Source: an uncultured delta proteobacterium
GTDB lineage: Bacteria; Myxococcota; Myxococcia; Myxococcales; Myxococcaceae
Reading direction: 5' to 3'
DNA: 64,000 bases
Assembly (NCBI GenBank): GCA_963796055.1
Contig: CAWCKH010000004.1
Coordinates: 1,280,001 to 1,344,000, forward strand
Part shown: positions 19,668-29,160 of the stretch, piece by piece
How the letters are laid out: every line of letters begins with the position of its first letter
How positions within the stretch are numbered: position 1 is the stretch's first letter
Position numbers and translations under genes: made by a program
The notes under the pieces: generated by a model
Database searches by the model: none
What the model saw: the letters and a program-made list of their open reading frames with translations, nothing else
Told to the model about the DNA's origin: nothing

Positions 19668-20174
19668 TCAGTCGTGCCGGAACACGTTCACGCGGGCGCG
19701 CAGCTTCTCCACCAGGCCCACGTAGGTCTCCCGCTCGGCCGGGGTGAGCGCCTGGATGAGCTCCTGCATTCGCCGCAGGTGGTCGGGCAGCAGCGAGGCG
19801 ATGAAGTCGGTGCCGCGCGGAGTGAGCCGGACGCGGTACGTGCGCCGGTCGTCCCCCACCTCGCCGCGGGTGACGTGGCCGGACTCGACCAGGCCATCGA
19901 CGAGGCCGGTCATCGCCGCGCGGGTGACGCCGGTCTGGTCGGCGAGCTCGGCGGGGTTAAGACCCTCGTCGTTCGCCTTGTACAGCTGGATGAGCACGTA
20001 CCAGCGGCCCCGCGAGAGGCCGTAGGCCTGGAAGTGCTGCTCCAGCGCCGCATCCAGCTCCCGGTGGAAGTACAGGATGGGGACGCAGGCGCGAATCGCG
20101 TCCCCGTCCAGGCCAGGGACGGTCCTGGACAGCTGCGCGATCTTCTCGAACCTTGGGCAGAGGGTTGGTTTCAC
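19668..20174 (-). CDS. MarR-family (EmrR-like) repressor
   Basis: Winged HTH (PAELADQTGVTRAAMTGLVDGL...DRR...LTPRG). Start reassigned to GTG 20174 because the TTG at 20210 is part of a TTGACA -35 box. Confidence 0.88.
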   Translation of the reverse strand: MKPTLCPRFEKIAQLSRTVPGLDGDAIRACVPILYFHRELDAALEQHFQAYGLSRGRWYVLIQLYKANDEGLNPAELADQTGVTRAAMTGLVDGLVESGHVTRGEVGDDRRTYRVRLTPRGTDFIASLLPDHLRRMQELIQALTPAERETYVGLVEKLRARVNVFRHD

Positions 20175-20180
20175 GGGTTT

Positions 20181-20210
20181 ATGGTTAAGAGCTTGATCAT
20201 CAGGTGTCAA
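20181..20210 (-). promoter_or_regulatory. Sigma70-type promoter with overlapping palindromic MarR operator
   Basis: Minus strand TTGACA-N17-TAACCAT. Imperfect palindrome ATGGTTAAGAGCTTGATCAT at 20181-20200. Confidence 0.65.
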
Positions 20211-20290
20211 ACCGATTTGGAGGCCCCAGTTGTCGTCGGAGTGTCAGGGGGTTGCGCGATGTTCCCGCTCCCGGCACCTGGCCGGCCTTC

Positions 20291-20800
20291 ATGTCGGGTC
20301 CTGTGCGCAAGCTCAATCTGTCTGAACTGGAATGGCTGCCCTACGCGATTGCGCCCGGGGTTGGGGGCGACGTCCGTGACGTGGGACGTGCGGTGGGTAC
20401 GCGGAACGTGGGGCTGCGCATCCAGCGCATCCCTCCCGGGGCGCGGGCCTCGCGAAGGCACCGGCACCTCTTCCAGGAGGAGCTCCTGGTGGTCGTACGC
20501 GGCGAGGGCACCCTGCTGCACGGCGAGGAGCGGGTTCCCGTGCGCTCGGGTGACTTCGTCAGCTACCACGCGGGCGATCCCGAGGCCCACACCCTGGAGA
20601 ACACCGGGCAGGGGGTGCTCGAGGTCTGGGCATTCGGGGACCGGGTGCCGCATGAGGTCTGCGTCTATCCTGACGAGCAGGTCGCCTACGTCGAGGCGCT
20701 GGGCGGCGACGTGCCGCTGTCGGACGTCGAGGCCTGGGCCGCGCTGGCCGGGCGCGGCGGCGGCATCGAGGCCGCGAGCGCGGACGACGGCGAGGACTGA
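20291..20800 (+). CDS. Cupin domain protein
   Basis: HRHLFQEELLVVVRGEG, AHTLEN and CVYPD motifs. Confidence 0.85.
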   Translation: MSGPVRKLNLSELEWLPYAIAPGVGGDVRDVGRAVGTRNVGLRIQRIPPGARASRRHRHLFQEELLVVVRGEGTLLHGEERVPVRSGDFVSYHAGDPEAHTLENTGQGVLEVWAFGDRVPHEVCVYPDEQVAYVEALGGDVPLSDVEAWAALAGRGGGIEAASADDGED

Positions 20801-20860
20801 GTGCCCCACTAGAAGCGACAGTCCCGCCGGGAAGCGAGCGGAGAGGCGCGCGCCTTTGTT

Positions 20861-21805
20861 ATGCCGCGCGCACCCGTGACTTCCCCGCCCGTCCTCCAGG
20901 TCGAGCAGCTCGTCAAGCGCTACCGCGACGTCACCGCCCTCGCCGGGGTGTCGCTCACCATCGGCGCGGGGGAGATCTTCGCCCTGCTGGGCCCGAACGG
21001 CGCGGGGAAGACCACGCTCATCGGCGCGGTGTGCGGGCTGGTGAAGAAGACCAGCGGGACGATCCGGGTGTTGGGGCTGGACCTGGACGAGCATCCGTTC
21101 CGCCCGCGGTACGACGTGGGGCTCGTGCCGCAGGAGGTGAACTTCGATCCCTTCTTCACGGTGAGCGAGTCGCTGCGGATCCAGCTCGGGTACTACGGGC
21201 GGCCACCCGACGAGGCACGCATCCGCGAGGTGCTGGAGGCGCTCAGCCTGAGCGAGAAGGCGAACGCGCAGACCCGGGCGCTGTCGGGGGGCATGAAGCG
21301 GCGGCTGCTCATCGCCAAGGCCCTGGTGCACCGGCCGAAGCTGGTGTTCCTCGACGAGCCGACGGCGGGGGTGGACGTGGAGCTGCGGCGCGACCTCTGG
21401 GCCTACGTGCGCAGGCTCCGGAGCGAGGGGACGACGGTCATCCTCACCACCCATTACCTCGAGGAGGCGGAGGAGCTCGCCGACCGGGTGGGGGTCATCA
21501 ACGCGGGGCGGCTGCTCCTGGTGGAGGACAAGGCTGCGCTGCTCCGGAGGATGGGTGAGAAGCGGGTGCGGATCACCTTCGCGGCGCCGGTGGGTCCCCT
21601 GCCCGAGGCGCTCGACGGCAAGGCCGAGCTGGCCGAGGACCGCCGCTCGCTGGTGGTGACCGAGCGCAATGGCCGCCCGAGCGCGGGCGAGGTGCTGCAG
21701 CAGCTCTACCGGAGCGGGTTTCCGGTGGCGGAGGTGGACACCCGGGCGAGCCGGCTGGAGGACGTGCTGATCGAGATCCTTCACACCGGAGGGAGCCCGG
21801 AGTGA
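20861..21805 (+). CDS. ABC transporter ATP-binding protein (YadG-like)
   Basis: [40 protein letters not shown]. Start may be GTG 20876. Confidence 0.92.
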   Translation: MPRAPVTSPPVLQVEQLVKRYRDVTALAGVSLTIGAGEIFALLGPNGAGKTTLIGAVCGLVKKTSGTIRVLGLDLDEHPFRPRYDVGLVPQEVNFDPFFTVSESLRIQLGYYGRPPDEARIREVLEALSLSEKANAQTRALSGGMKRRLLIAKALVHRPKLVFLDEPTAGVDVELRRDLWAYVRRLRSEGTTVILTTHYLEEAEELADRVGVINAGRLLLVEDKAALLRRMGEKRVRITFAAPVGPLPEALDGKAELAEDRRSLVVTERNGRPSAGEVLQQLYRSGFPVAEVDTRASRLEDVLIEILHTGGSPE

Positions 21806-22563
21806 ACGCCTCGGGGCTCCGGACGCTGTTCGTGAAGGAGGTGCGCCGCTTCCTGCGCGTGCCGGGTCAGACGGTGCTCAGCCCGCTCATCTCCACCACG
21901 CTCTACTTCGTGGTGTTCGGGGTCAGCCTGGGAGGACGGATGGAGGAGGTCACCGGCCAGCCGTACCTCCCCTTCATCGTCCCGGGGCTGGTGTTCCTCG
22001 GCCTGGCGAACAACGCCTTCCTCAACACCAGCTCGTCGCTGTTCATCATGAAGATCCAGGGGACCATCGTGGACCTCCTGGTGGCGCCACTCGGCCCGTG
22101 GGAGCTGCTGCTGGGCTTCGTCGGGGGTGGGATGGTGCGCGGGCTCGTGGTGGGCCTGCTCACCTGGGGGGTGGCGCTGGCGTTCGCCGGGTGGCAGCTG
22201 GCGCACCCGCTGGTCACCGCCGGCTTCCTGCTCGGGACGGCGTACGTCTTCTCGGTGCTGGGGCTGATCGCGGCGATCTGGGCCGAGAAGTTCGAGCAGA
22301 TCAACTTCTTCCCCACCTTCGTGATGCTGCCGCTGACCTTCCTGGGCGGCGTCTTCTACAGCATCAGCCGTCTGCCCGAGCCCTGGCGGACCCTCAGCCA
22401 CTTCAACCCCATGGTCTACATGGTGGAGGGGCTGCGGTACGGGATGCTCGGGACGGCGGCGCTTCCGCCGGGGGTCGGCGCGCTCATCCTCACCCTGCTG
22501 GCCGTCGGGTCGACCGCGGTGACGTACGCGCTGCTGGCGCGCGGCTACAAGCTGAAGCAGTAG
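21802..22563 (+). CDS. ABC-2 type permease (YadH-like)
   Basis: KEVRRFLR, YLPFIVPG, PLTFLGGVFYSI and NPMVYMVEGLRYG. GTGA overlap with the ATPase gene. Confidence 0.92.
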   Translation: MNASGLRTLFVKEVRRFLRVPGQTVLSPLISTTLYFVVFGVSLGGRMEEVTGQPYLPFIVPGLVFLGLANNAFLNTSSSLFIMKIQGTIVDLLVAPLGPWELLLGFVGGGMVRGLVVGLLTWGVALAFAGWQLAHPLVTAGFLLGTAYVFSVLGLIAAIWAEKFEQINFFPTFVMLPLTFLGGVFYSISRLPEPWRTLSHFNPMVYMVEGLRYGMLGTAALPPGVGALILTLLAVGSTAVTYALLARGYKLKQ

Positions 22564-22568
22564 GCCGC

Positions 22569-23354
22569 TCAGCCGGCGGCGCGGCGCCGGTCGATCTGGC
22601 CGACGAAGCCGCGGAGGATGTCGGCCACCTGACCCGGCTGGTCCAGCTGGGGCCAGTGGCTGGTGTCCTCGACGAAGACGTTGGGGAGCTCGGGGACGGC
22701 AGCGCGCATCGCCAGAGGCCCATCCAGCCCGCGAACGGTGACCAGCAGCTTCGGCCCGGGGAAGCGCCGGACGACGGTGGGGTCGTACGCGAGCAGCGAT
22801 TCCATCGAGCCGACGTAGGTCTCGCGGGTGGTGAGCCCGAGCGTGGCGAGGACGTGCTGGCGAGTCTCGGGGCGGGCCTCCTGGAGGATCTGCTCGAACC
22901 AGGCACGGGCAGTTCCCCGGAAGCGATCCGGGGCGACCGAGGCGCGCCATCCGGCGAGCTCGGCCGGAGGGATGGCGGCAAGGCTTCCCGCGGCGTCCAG
23001 GAACACCGCGCCGGAGAACCGGTCCGCGAACCGCGCCACCGTCTCGGCGACGACGGCGCCGCCGTAGCTGTGCCCGACGACCACCGGGCGATCGAGCCCG
23101 GCCGCGGCGGCGACGGCGAGCACGTCCTCGGCCATGGCGGCGAGGTCCCAGCGCCCGTCCCTCGGCGGCTCGGACTCGCCGTAGCCGCGCTGGTCGAAGG
23201 AGACGACGGTCCGATCGGCGGCGAGCAGCGGCGCCACGGCGTGCCAGTGGCTCCGGTCGGCGCCGCCACCGTGCACCAGGAGCACCGGCGTGCCGGGCCC
23301 GCTGCCCTGCGCCTCCATCCTGAGCCGTCCCGCGCCTCCGGCGATCCAGTCCAT
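22569..23354 (-). CDS. Alpha/beta hydrolase
   Basis: LVHGGG, DQRGYGES, nucleophile elbow GHSYGG, and SHWPQLDQP. Confidence 0.9.
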   Translation of the reverse strand: MDWIAGGAGRLRMEAQGSGPGTPVLLVHGGGADRSHWHAVAPLLAADRTVVSFDQRGYGESEPPRDGRWDLAAMAEDVLAVAAAAGLDRPVVVGHSYGGAVVAETVARFADRFSGAVFLDAAGSLAAIPPAELAGWRASVAPDRFRGTARAWFEQILQEARPETRQHVLATLGLTTRETYVGSMESLLAYDPTVVRRFPGPKLLVTVRGLDGPLAMRAAVPELPNVFVEDTSHWPQLDQPGQVADILRGFVGQIDRRRAAG

Positions 23355-23427
23355 GCAGGGCGGGACGCTACGCCTGCTCCCCCGGCCCCGCCACCATCCG
23401 GGAGGCGTGTTACAGCTGGATCTGCCG

Positions 23428-24120
23428 ATGCTGGCTGCACGTCCGCACATCGAGCCCCGGCGCGTGCCAGGGGCAGACTCCGTGGTGGTGAGCGAGATCT
23501 ACCTGTCGCTGCAGGGGGAGTCGTCTCACCAGGGACTGCTCTGCAGCTTCGTGCGGCTGACCGGGTGTCACCTCCGTTGCCGCTGGTGCGACTCCGAGTT
23601 CGCCTTCCGGGGCGGGACGCGGATGGCCCTCCCCGAGGTGGTGAAGCGGGTGCGGGCGCTGGGCGCTCCGCGGGTGGAGATCACCGGGGGCGAGCCCCTG
23701 CTCCAGCCCGGCGTGTACCCGCTGATGGAGGCACTGCTCGAGGCGGGGCTGGTGGTGCTGCTCGAGACCTCCGGGGCCATCGACGTGCGCCTGGTGCCGC
23801 CGGCGGTGCACAAGATCGTCGACGTGAAGTGCCCGGGCTCGGGCGAGTCGGACCGGAACGACTGGCGCTGCCTGGCGAGCCTCACCGAACGGGACGAGCT
23901 GAAGTTCGTCCTGGCCTCTCGCCAGGACTACGACTGGGCGAAGGGGTGCATCGCCGAGCACGGACTCGACCGCGGGCCGGCAGGGCTGCTGTTCTCCACG
24001 GTGCACGGGGAGCTCTCTCCCACCGCGCTCGCCGAGTGGATGATCGCCGACCGGCTCCCGGTGCGGTTCCAGCTCCAGCAGCACAAGGTGCTCTGGGCGC
24101 CGGACGCGCGGGGCGTCTGA
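23428..24120 (+). CDS. queE: 7-carboxy-7-deazaguanine synthase (radical SAM)
   Basis: EIYLSLQGE, RLTGCHLRCRWCDS, ITGGEPLLQ, LETSG, DVKCPGSG and QLQQHKVLW. Confidence 0.92.
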   Translation: MLAARPHIEPRRVPGADSVVVSEIYLSLQGESSHQGLLCSFVRLTGCHLRCRWCDSEFAFRGGTRMALPEVVKRVRALGAPRVEITGGEPLLQPGVYPLMEALLEAGLVVLLETSGAIDVRLVPPAVHKIVDVKCPGSGESDRNDWRCLASLTERDELKFVLASRQDYDWAKGCIAEHGLDRGPAGLLFSTVHGELSPTALAEWMIADRLPVRFQLQQHKVLWAPDARGV

Positions 24121-24123
24121 GCC

Positions 24124-24860
24124 GGGCCTCCGTCAGGGGATCGGAGCGACGCGGATGACCGTCCCGGTCGGGGGATCCGCGAGGTACGCAGCCCCCCAAC
24201 GAGGGACAGCTCACCGTAGACGTTCGACGGGAGGGTCGCGCCCAGGATCGAAGCGGAGAGCTGAGTGATGGGTGCGCCCGAGCGAGGAACGATGTTGAGC
24301 GTCGCCCCCTCGCCGACAAAGATCGCCACGGCGTCGACTGCGACTCTGTACCCTGCCGAGGACAGAGCAGTGACTGGCCCACCGTCGACGGGGATCCGCA
24401 TCAGCTGCCCCTCCTTGCTCGTGGTCGTCACCACGCCGTTGGTCGCTCGACCCTGCGAAGTCGAGGATGAGCCCCTCGACCACCGCCGTCGCGGGGCCAC
24501 CGCCGATGGGCGCACGCCAGATGGCACAGTCGTCCTGGTGAGGATCCTGCGTCGAAGGGGTGGAGAGCCAGTACACCGACGAGGCGTCCTGCGCGACCCG
24601 AACCAGGCAGCTGCTCGGGCCGGGATAGGTGGGCGCAACGAAGTCGACCGGAGCCCCTCCGCCGAGCGGGATGCGGCGCGCTCCGCCCAGGAAACCGACG
24701 AGCACCGAGGTTCCGTCGGTCACGATGTCGTCGATGGGCTCGGCTCCGACGGCGAGAAGCGTGGTGACCGGACCGCCCGAGAGCGGAACGGACTTGACCA
24801 TCGCTCCGTCCGCGACGAGGAGCGTGTTGCCGGAGAGGGTGAAGCGGGCAGGGGCTGGAT
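24124..24860 (-). pseudogene. 5'-truncated, frameshifted fragment of a beta-propeller repeat protein (D-x-S/T-x-VYW / P-x-x-GG repeats)
   Basis: Repeats VKSVPLSGG, RRIPLGGG, QDASSVYW and RAPIGGG in one frame continue as MRIPVDGG and IVPRSG in another frame after about 24450. No start or RBS. Confidence 0.6.
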
Positions 24861-24911
24861 GATCGCCCCGCCCCCGGGGAGCGGGGGGCGTGACATGCGC
24901 CGTCGAGGTTC

Positions 24912-25219
24912 TCAGGTCAAGCGCTTCCGGAACAGGGTGTCTCTGGGCGCCGGCCGCCCGCGGCGTGTGACTCTGCCCACGTTCGGCGCCCCACGAACAG
25001 CTCTCCCGGGCCGAGCTCGACGTCGCCGGCGCGCATTTCGATCCGGATCCGTCCCTTCAGCACCAGGAAGAAGTCGTCGGTGTTCTCGTGGCTGTGCCAC
25101 ACGAACGGACCCCTCACCTTCACCACCATGAGGTCGTGGCCGTTGAACTGGCCGATCGTGCGCGGCTTGAAGTGCTCGGTGAAGGTGGAGAGCTTCTCCG
25201 CGAGGTTGACGCTGGTCAT
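24912..25219 (-). pseudogene. Cupin-2 protein with internal deletion/frameshift
   Basis: WHSHENTDDFFLVLKG...GPGELFV breaks off near 24990. The usual second cupin motif (VP-x-G-x-x-H) is absent, and a family-like tail (GAPNVG) is in another frame. Confidence 0.65.
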
Positions 25220-25287
25220 TTGTCCCTTCTCCTTGCAGGACCAGGGGCTGCCTCGCCAGCACAGACGTGACGCCGCCGAGGCGGTGC

Positions 25288-25560
25288 TCACCGCACCGGC
25301 GCGAGCAGCTCGGCCAGGCTGACCCGGGTGGCGTGGACTCCGAGGCACACCGCCGCCACCCCGATGCAGGCGAACCAGGCGGGCACCAGGAAGGCCTTCC
25401 TCCGGTGCTCGAACTGGCCCACCGCGAACCAGGCCACGTAGGCGGGGATGAGCAGCACCATCAGTCCGGTCCCGAGGCTCCGGCCGAACGCGTGCCGGAG
25501 AATGGGAATGGTGAGCGCCGCCGCGGCGATCGAGAAGAGTGCACCCGTCCAGGCCAGCAT
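25288..25560 (-). CDS. Small membrane hypothetical protein
   Basis: Three hydrophobic segments. HAFGRSLGTGLMVLLIPAY resembles short myxobacterial membrane proteins. Confidence 0.65.
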   Translation of the reverse strand: MLAWTGALFSIAAAALTIPILRHAFGRSLGTGLMVLLIPAYVAWFAVGQFEHRRKAFLVPAWFACIGVAAVCLGVHATRVSLAELLAPVR

Positions 25561-25596
25561 CGTGCGAAGGTCCCCGCTCAGGGGAGGTCTCTATAC

Positions 25597-25899
25597 ATGA
25601 GCGCAGTCCGAAGCGTCCTCTTCTGGGCCCTGTTCGGTGCCTTGGCCGGAACCTGGGTCGGAGGTCTCATCTCCCGCGCCTTCCTGCCGTGGTTCAACAC
25701 CCCCGGCGCAGGAATCATGTCGCAGTGCGCGTGCGAGCCGCTGGCCATCAGCACCGTCTCCCACACCCTCAGCATCGAGTTCGGGGGGCTGGTCCTCGGC
25801 GCGCTGGTGTTCGCGGTGCTCGCCCTGGTCCTCGGCGCCGGCCGGAAGCGGAAGGTCGAGCCCCCCGCCCCGGCGACGCCCCCGGCCGCCGCGGCCTGA
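25597..25899 (+). CDS. Small 2-TM hypothetical protein with periplasmic CxC motif
   Basis: SD GGAGG. TM-WFNTP...QCACE-TM followed by a basic/Pro tail. Confidence 0.75.
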   Translation: MSAVRSVLFWALFGALAGTWVGGLISRAFLPWFNTPGAGIMSQCACEPLAISTVSHTLSIEFGGLVLGALVFAVLALVLGAGRKRKVEPPAPATPPAAAA

Positions 25900-26134
25900 G
25901 CAGGGCCAGCTTTTCCGGCCGCGAGAGCTGCTTGAGCGCCCACTCGCGTCTGAGGGCCGCGCTGCGGTCGGCGGCCGGCTCGGCATAGACCACCCGGACC
26001 GGCAGCCGGCTCCGGGTGTACGCCGCGCCACGCCCGCTCCGGTGGACGCGAAGGCGCGCCTCGAGGTCGTTGGTCGCGCCGGTATACAGCGAGCCGTCGC
26101 GGCAGCGGAGCATGTACACGCACCACTCGTGCAT
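25769..26134 (-). CDS. GIY-YIG nuclease family protein (YhbQ/UPF0213-like)
   Basis: VYMLRCRDGSLYTGATND..RLRVH..GRGAAYTRSRLPV...REWALKQLSR.EK. Confidence 0.88.
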   Translation of the reverse strand: MHEWCVYMLRCRDGSLYTGATNDLEARLRVHRSGRGAAYTRSRLPVRVVYAEPAADRSAALRREWALKQLSRPEKLALLRPRRPGASPGRGARPSASGRRRGPGRAPRTPARRGPAPRTRC

Positions 26135-26193
26135 CGCAGGGCGGGTCAGGCTGGTCAGCCCGGGTGGGCCCATGCTACGGCAACGGGCCGCGC

Positions 26194-27204
26194 ATGGCCC
26201 GTTTCCTCCTGACCTGTTTCGCCGTCCTTGCCCTCGCCGCCTGTCAGAAGGGCAGCTCCGCCGACCACGTCACCATCGACCTCGCCCCCAAGGCCAAGGG
26301 GGGAACCCCCGTGGCGACGTTCAAGGGCGGGGCGATCACCGTGGAGGAGGTGAACCGCCAGCTGTCCGCTCTGCCTCCGATGGTCCGGATGCGGCTGCAG
26401 GGCGCCGCGGCCCGGAAGGACTACGTGGAAGGGCTGGCCCGGGTCGAGCTGCTGGCCCGCGAGGGCCTCCGCCAGGGCGTTCAGAATGAGCCCGACGTGG
26501 TCGAGACGGTCAAGAAGGCCCTGGCCCAGAAGGTGCTCCAGCAGCAGCTGGAGAAGAACGCGCCCCAGCCCACCGACGAGGAGGTGAAGGCCTGGTACGA
26601 GCGCCACCAGGCGGACTACCAGCGCCCGGAGACGGTCCAGGTGCAGGACCTCTTCCTCGCCGCCGACGCCAAGGACGCCCCCCGGCGCAAGGCACGCGCC
26701 ACCGAGGCGGAGAAGCTCCGGGCCAAGGCCCGTGCGCTCAAGCCCGACGACGAGCAGGGCTTCGGCGCGCTGGTGAAGGCCAGCTCGGACGACGCGCTCA
26801 CCCGGCAGCTCGGAGGGGACCTCCGGCCCATGCCGCCCGGCGACCTCGAGGCCCGGTACGGCTCCGAGGTGGCGCAGGCGGTCAAGGGGCTCCAGACCCC
26901 CGGGGAGATCTCCCCGGTGGTGGCGACCGAGAAGGGGTTCCACGTGCTCCGGCTGAAGGCGCGAAACCCCGCCCGCGTCCTGCCGCTGGAGGAGGTGAAG
27001 GCGCAGATCCGCAACCGCCTCTACAGCGAGCGGCGTACCGCCGCCAGCGACGAGCTGATGAAGCGGCTGAAGACCGAGGCGAACTTCACCCTGGACGAGG
27101 CGGCCCTGGCACAGATCTCCACGCCCGGTGCCATGCCTGGCGGCCCGGGCCATCCGCCGATGGGGCCGCCTCCGCCGGCTCCGGGTGCTCCACCGAGGAA
27201 ATGA
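26194..27204 (+). CDS. Parvulin/PpiC-type peptidylprolyl isomerase lipoprotein
   Basis: Lipobox LAAC, SurA-like N-domain, SDD...GGDL and GFHVLRL. Confidence 0.85.
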   Translation: MARFLLTCFAVLALAACQKGSSADHVTIDLAPKAKGGTPVATFKGGAITVEEVNRQLSALPPMVRMRLQGAAARKDYVEGLARVELLAREGLRQGVQNEPDVVETVKKALAQKVLQQQLEKNAPQPTDEEVKAWYERHQADYQRPETVQVQDLFLAADAKDAPRRKARATEAEKLRAKARALKPDDEQGFGALVKASSDDALTRQLGGDLRPMPPGDLEARYGSEVAQAVKGLQTPGEISPVVATEKGFHVLRLKARNPARVLPLEEVKAQIRNRLYSERRTAASDELMKRLKTEANFTLDEAALAQISTPGAMPGGPGHPPMGPPPPAPGAPPRK

Positions 27205-28190
27205 CAAGGCTGCCTCTCTGCGGCGCAGCGGCGCTGCTGCTGATCGCCACCGCCGGCTGCCAGCGCCGGCCCCCCGACGACCCGAGCGCCGCCCCGGTGG
27301 CCTGGGTCAACGGGCAGGTCCTCACCCGGGCGGAATTCGAGCGGGAGCTGGGCCGTTCTCTCGAGCTGGCCGATGGCACCAGTGCGCCCGCCCCGGATGA
27401 GCTCGCCGCGCTCCGGCGCACGGTGCTCCAGGCACGGGTGGACCGGCTGCTCTTCGTGCAGGAGGCCGCGAAGCGGGGGCTGGAGATTCCCCCGGCGGAC
27501 GTGGAGCAGCGGCTGCAGCGCATGCGTGCCGACTGGCCTTCCGATGAGTTCGACGCCCTGCTCGACCAGCGGCATCAGACGCTGGATGAGCTCCGGGGCG
27601 AGCTCCGGGCCCAGCTGGTCCAGGAGCGCCTCTTCCACGAGCTGGTCTACCCCAGGGTCGCGGTCACCGAGGAGGAGATCCGCGCCGAGCTGGACGCCCA
27701 CCCCCAGCTGGTCCAGGAGCCCGAGCAGGTGCACGCGGCGCAGATCGTGGTGAAGGAGCTGGACCAGGCCAAGGAGATCCGCGCCAGGCTGCGCGAGGGG
27801 GCGAAGTTCGCCGACCTGGCCCGCGAACGCTCGCTCTCCGCCGACGCCAAGGACGGCGGCGACCTCGGCTGGTTCCCGCGCGGGGTGATGCCGCCCCAGT
27901 TCGACGAGGTGGCTTTCTCGCTCGGGCCAGGGCAGATCTCGGACGTGGTCACCACCGACTACGGGTTCCACGTCTTCAAGGTGCTCGAGCGCCGTCCGGC
28001 CCGGAAGAAGGATCTGGCGGCCGTCCGGGCGGAGATCGAGCGCCGGCTCCTGCGCGCGAAGCAGGAGCAAGCCCAGACCGATTTCGTGACCCAGCTCCGC
28101 TCCAAGGCTGCGGTCCGCATCAACGAGCCCCTGGTGGCGCAGGTCGTCCCCCATGCGCCCGCCGGGCAGGCCCAGGAGACTTCCCGATGA
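27201..28190 (+). CDS. Parvulin/PpiC-type peptidylprolyl isomerase lipoprotein
   Basis: Lipobox TAGC, VAWVNG, FADLARERS, GGDLGWF and YGFHVFKV. Confidence 0.9.
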   Translation: MTRLPLCGAAALLLIATAGCQRRPPDDPSAAPVAWVNGQVLTRAEFERELGRSLELADGTSAPAPDELAALRRTVLQARVDRLLFVQEAAKRGLEIPPADVEQRLQRMRADWPSDEFDALLDQRHQTLDELRGELRAQLVQERLFHELVYPRVAVTEEEIRAELDAHPQLVQEPEQVHAAQIVVKELDQAKEIRARLREGAKFADLARERSLSADAKDGGDLGWFPRGVMPPQFDEVAFSLGPGQISDVVTTDYGFHVFKVLERRPARKKDLAAVRAEIERRLLRAKQEQAQTDFVTQLRSKAAVRINEPLVAQVVPHAPAGQAQETSR

Positions 28191-29155
28191 GGCGTTCCAT
28201 TCCGGCCGGGCTCGCCGGCCTTCTGCTCCTGGGGGCTCCGCTGGCCCGCGCCGAGCTGGTGGACCGGGTCGCGGCGGTGGTGAACACCGAGGTCATCACC
28301 CTCTCCGAGGTGGAGAAGCGGGCCGCCCCCGAGCTGGCCAGGGTGGACCAGGAGGCCACCGGCCCGGAGAGGGCGCAGAAGCGCGCCGCGGCGCTGAAGA
28401 AGACCCTGGACACGATGATCGACGAGAAGCTCGTCGACAACGAGCTGAAGGAGCTCAAGGTCACCATCAACGACAAGGAGGTGGATGCGGCGGTGGACGA
28501 GGTGAAGAAGAGCTACAACCTCACCGACGACCAGCTCCAGCAGGCGGTGGCCCGCGAGGGCTACAGCATGGCCGAATACCGCGAGCAGATGCGCAAGCAG
28601 ATCGGCCGCTACAAGCTCATCAACGAGAAGGTCCGGAAGAACGTGAAGGTCTCCGAGGCCGACGTGAAGAGCGAGTACGACCGCATGACCCGCGCCGAGG
28701 GCGAGGACTACGAGGTCCACGTCCGGCACATCCTGATCGCCGTCCCGCGCACCGCCTCCCAGGCGCAGGTGGATCAGGCCCGGCGCAAGGCCATGGCGGT
28801 GGCGGCAGAGGCCCGCGAGCCCGGGGTGGACTTCGCCGCGCTGGCCAGGAAGCGCAGCGAGGGAAGCAGCTCCTCGGACGGCGGCGACCTGGGGTTCTTC
28901 AAGCGCGGCACGATGGTGCCGGAGTTCGAGCGGGTGGCCTTCAACCTCAAGACCGGCGAGGTCTCCGACCCGGTGCGGACGCAGTTCGGCTGGCACGTGC
29001 TGAAGCTGGAGGAGATCCGCAAGCTGGGCATGAAGCCGCTGGCCGAGGTCCGTCCGGAGATCGAGGACCGTCTCCGACGGCAGCAGGCCGAGCGGCTGAC
29101 GGCGCAGTACATGGAGACGCTCCGCAACGGCGCGGTGGTGGAGAAGAAGATCTGA
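28187..29155 (+). CDS. surA: SurA-family periplasmic chaperone/PPIase
   Basis: LVDRVAAVVNTEVIT, VRHILI, GGDLGFF and FGWHVLKL. Directly upstream of pdxA. Confidence 0.82.
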   Translation: MRRSIPAGLAGLLLLGAPLARAELVDRVAAVVNTEVITLSEVEKRAAPELARVDQEATGPERAQKRAAALKKTLDTMIDEKLVDNELKELKVTINDKEVDAAVDEVKKSYNLTDDQLQQAVAREGYSMAEYREQMRKQIGRYKLINEKVRKNVKVSEADVKSEYDRMTRAEGEDYEVHVRHILIAVPRTASQAQVDQARRKAMAVAAEAREPGVDFAALARKRSEGSSSSDGGDLGFFKRGTMVPEFERVAFNLKTGEVSDPVRTQFGWHVLKLEEIRKLGMKPLAEVRPEIEDRLRRQQAERLTAQYMETLRNGAVVEKKI

Positions 29156-29160
29156 GCCGG

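Noticed and set aside
23428..24120. queE as part of a 7-deazaguanine DNA-modification (dpd) island or linked to the QueA-like gene
   Set aside because: No dpdA/tgt, queC, queD or folE lies nearby. It is 34 kb from the QueA-like gene and looks like an ordinary stand-alone queE.
25769..26134. GIY-YIG as a homing endonuclease or mobile element
   Set aside because: It is the short stand-alone YhbQ-type domain, with no intron, intein or DNA-binding extension.
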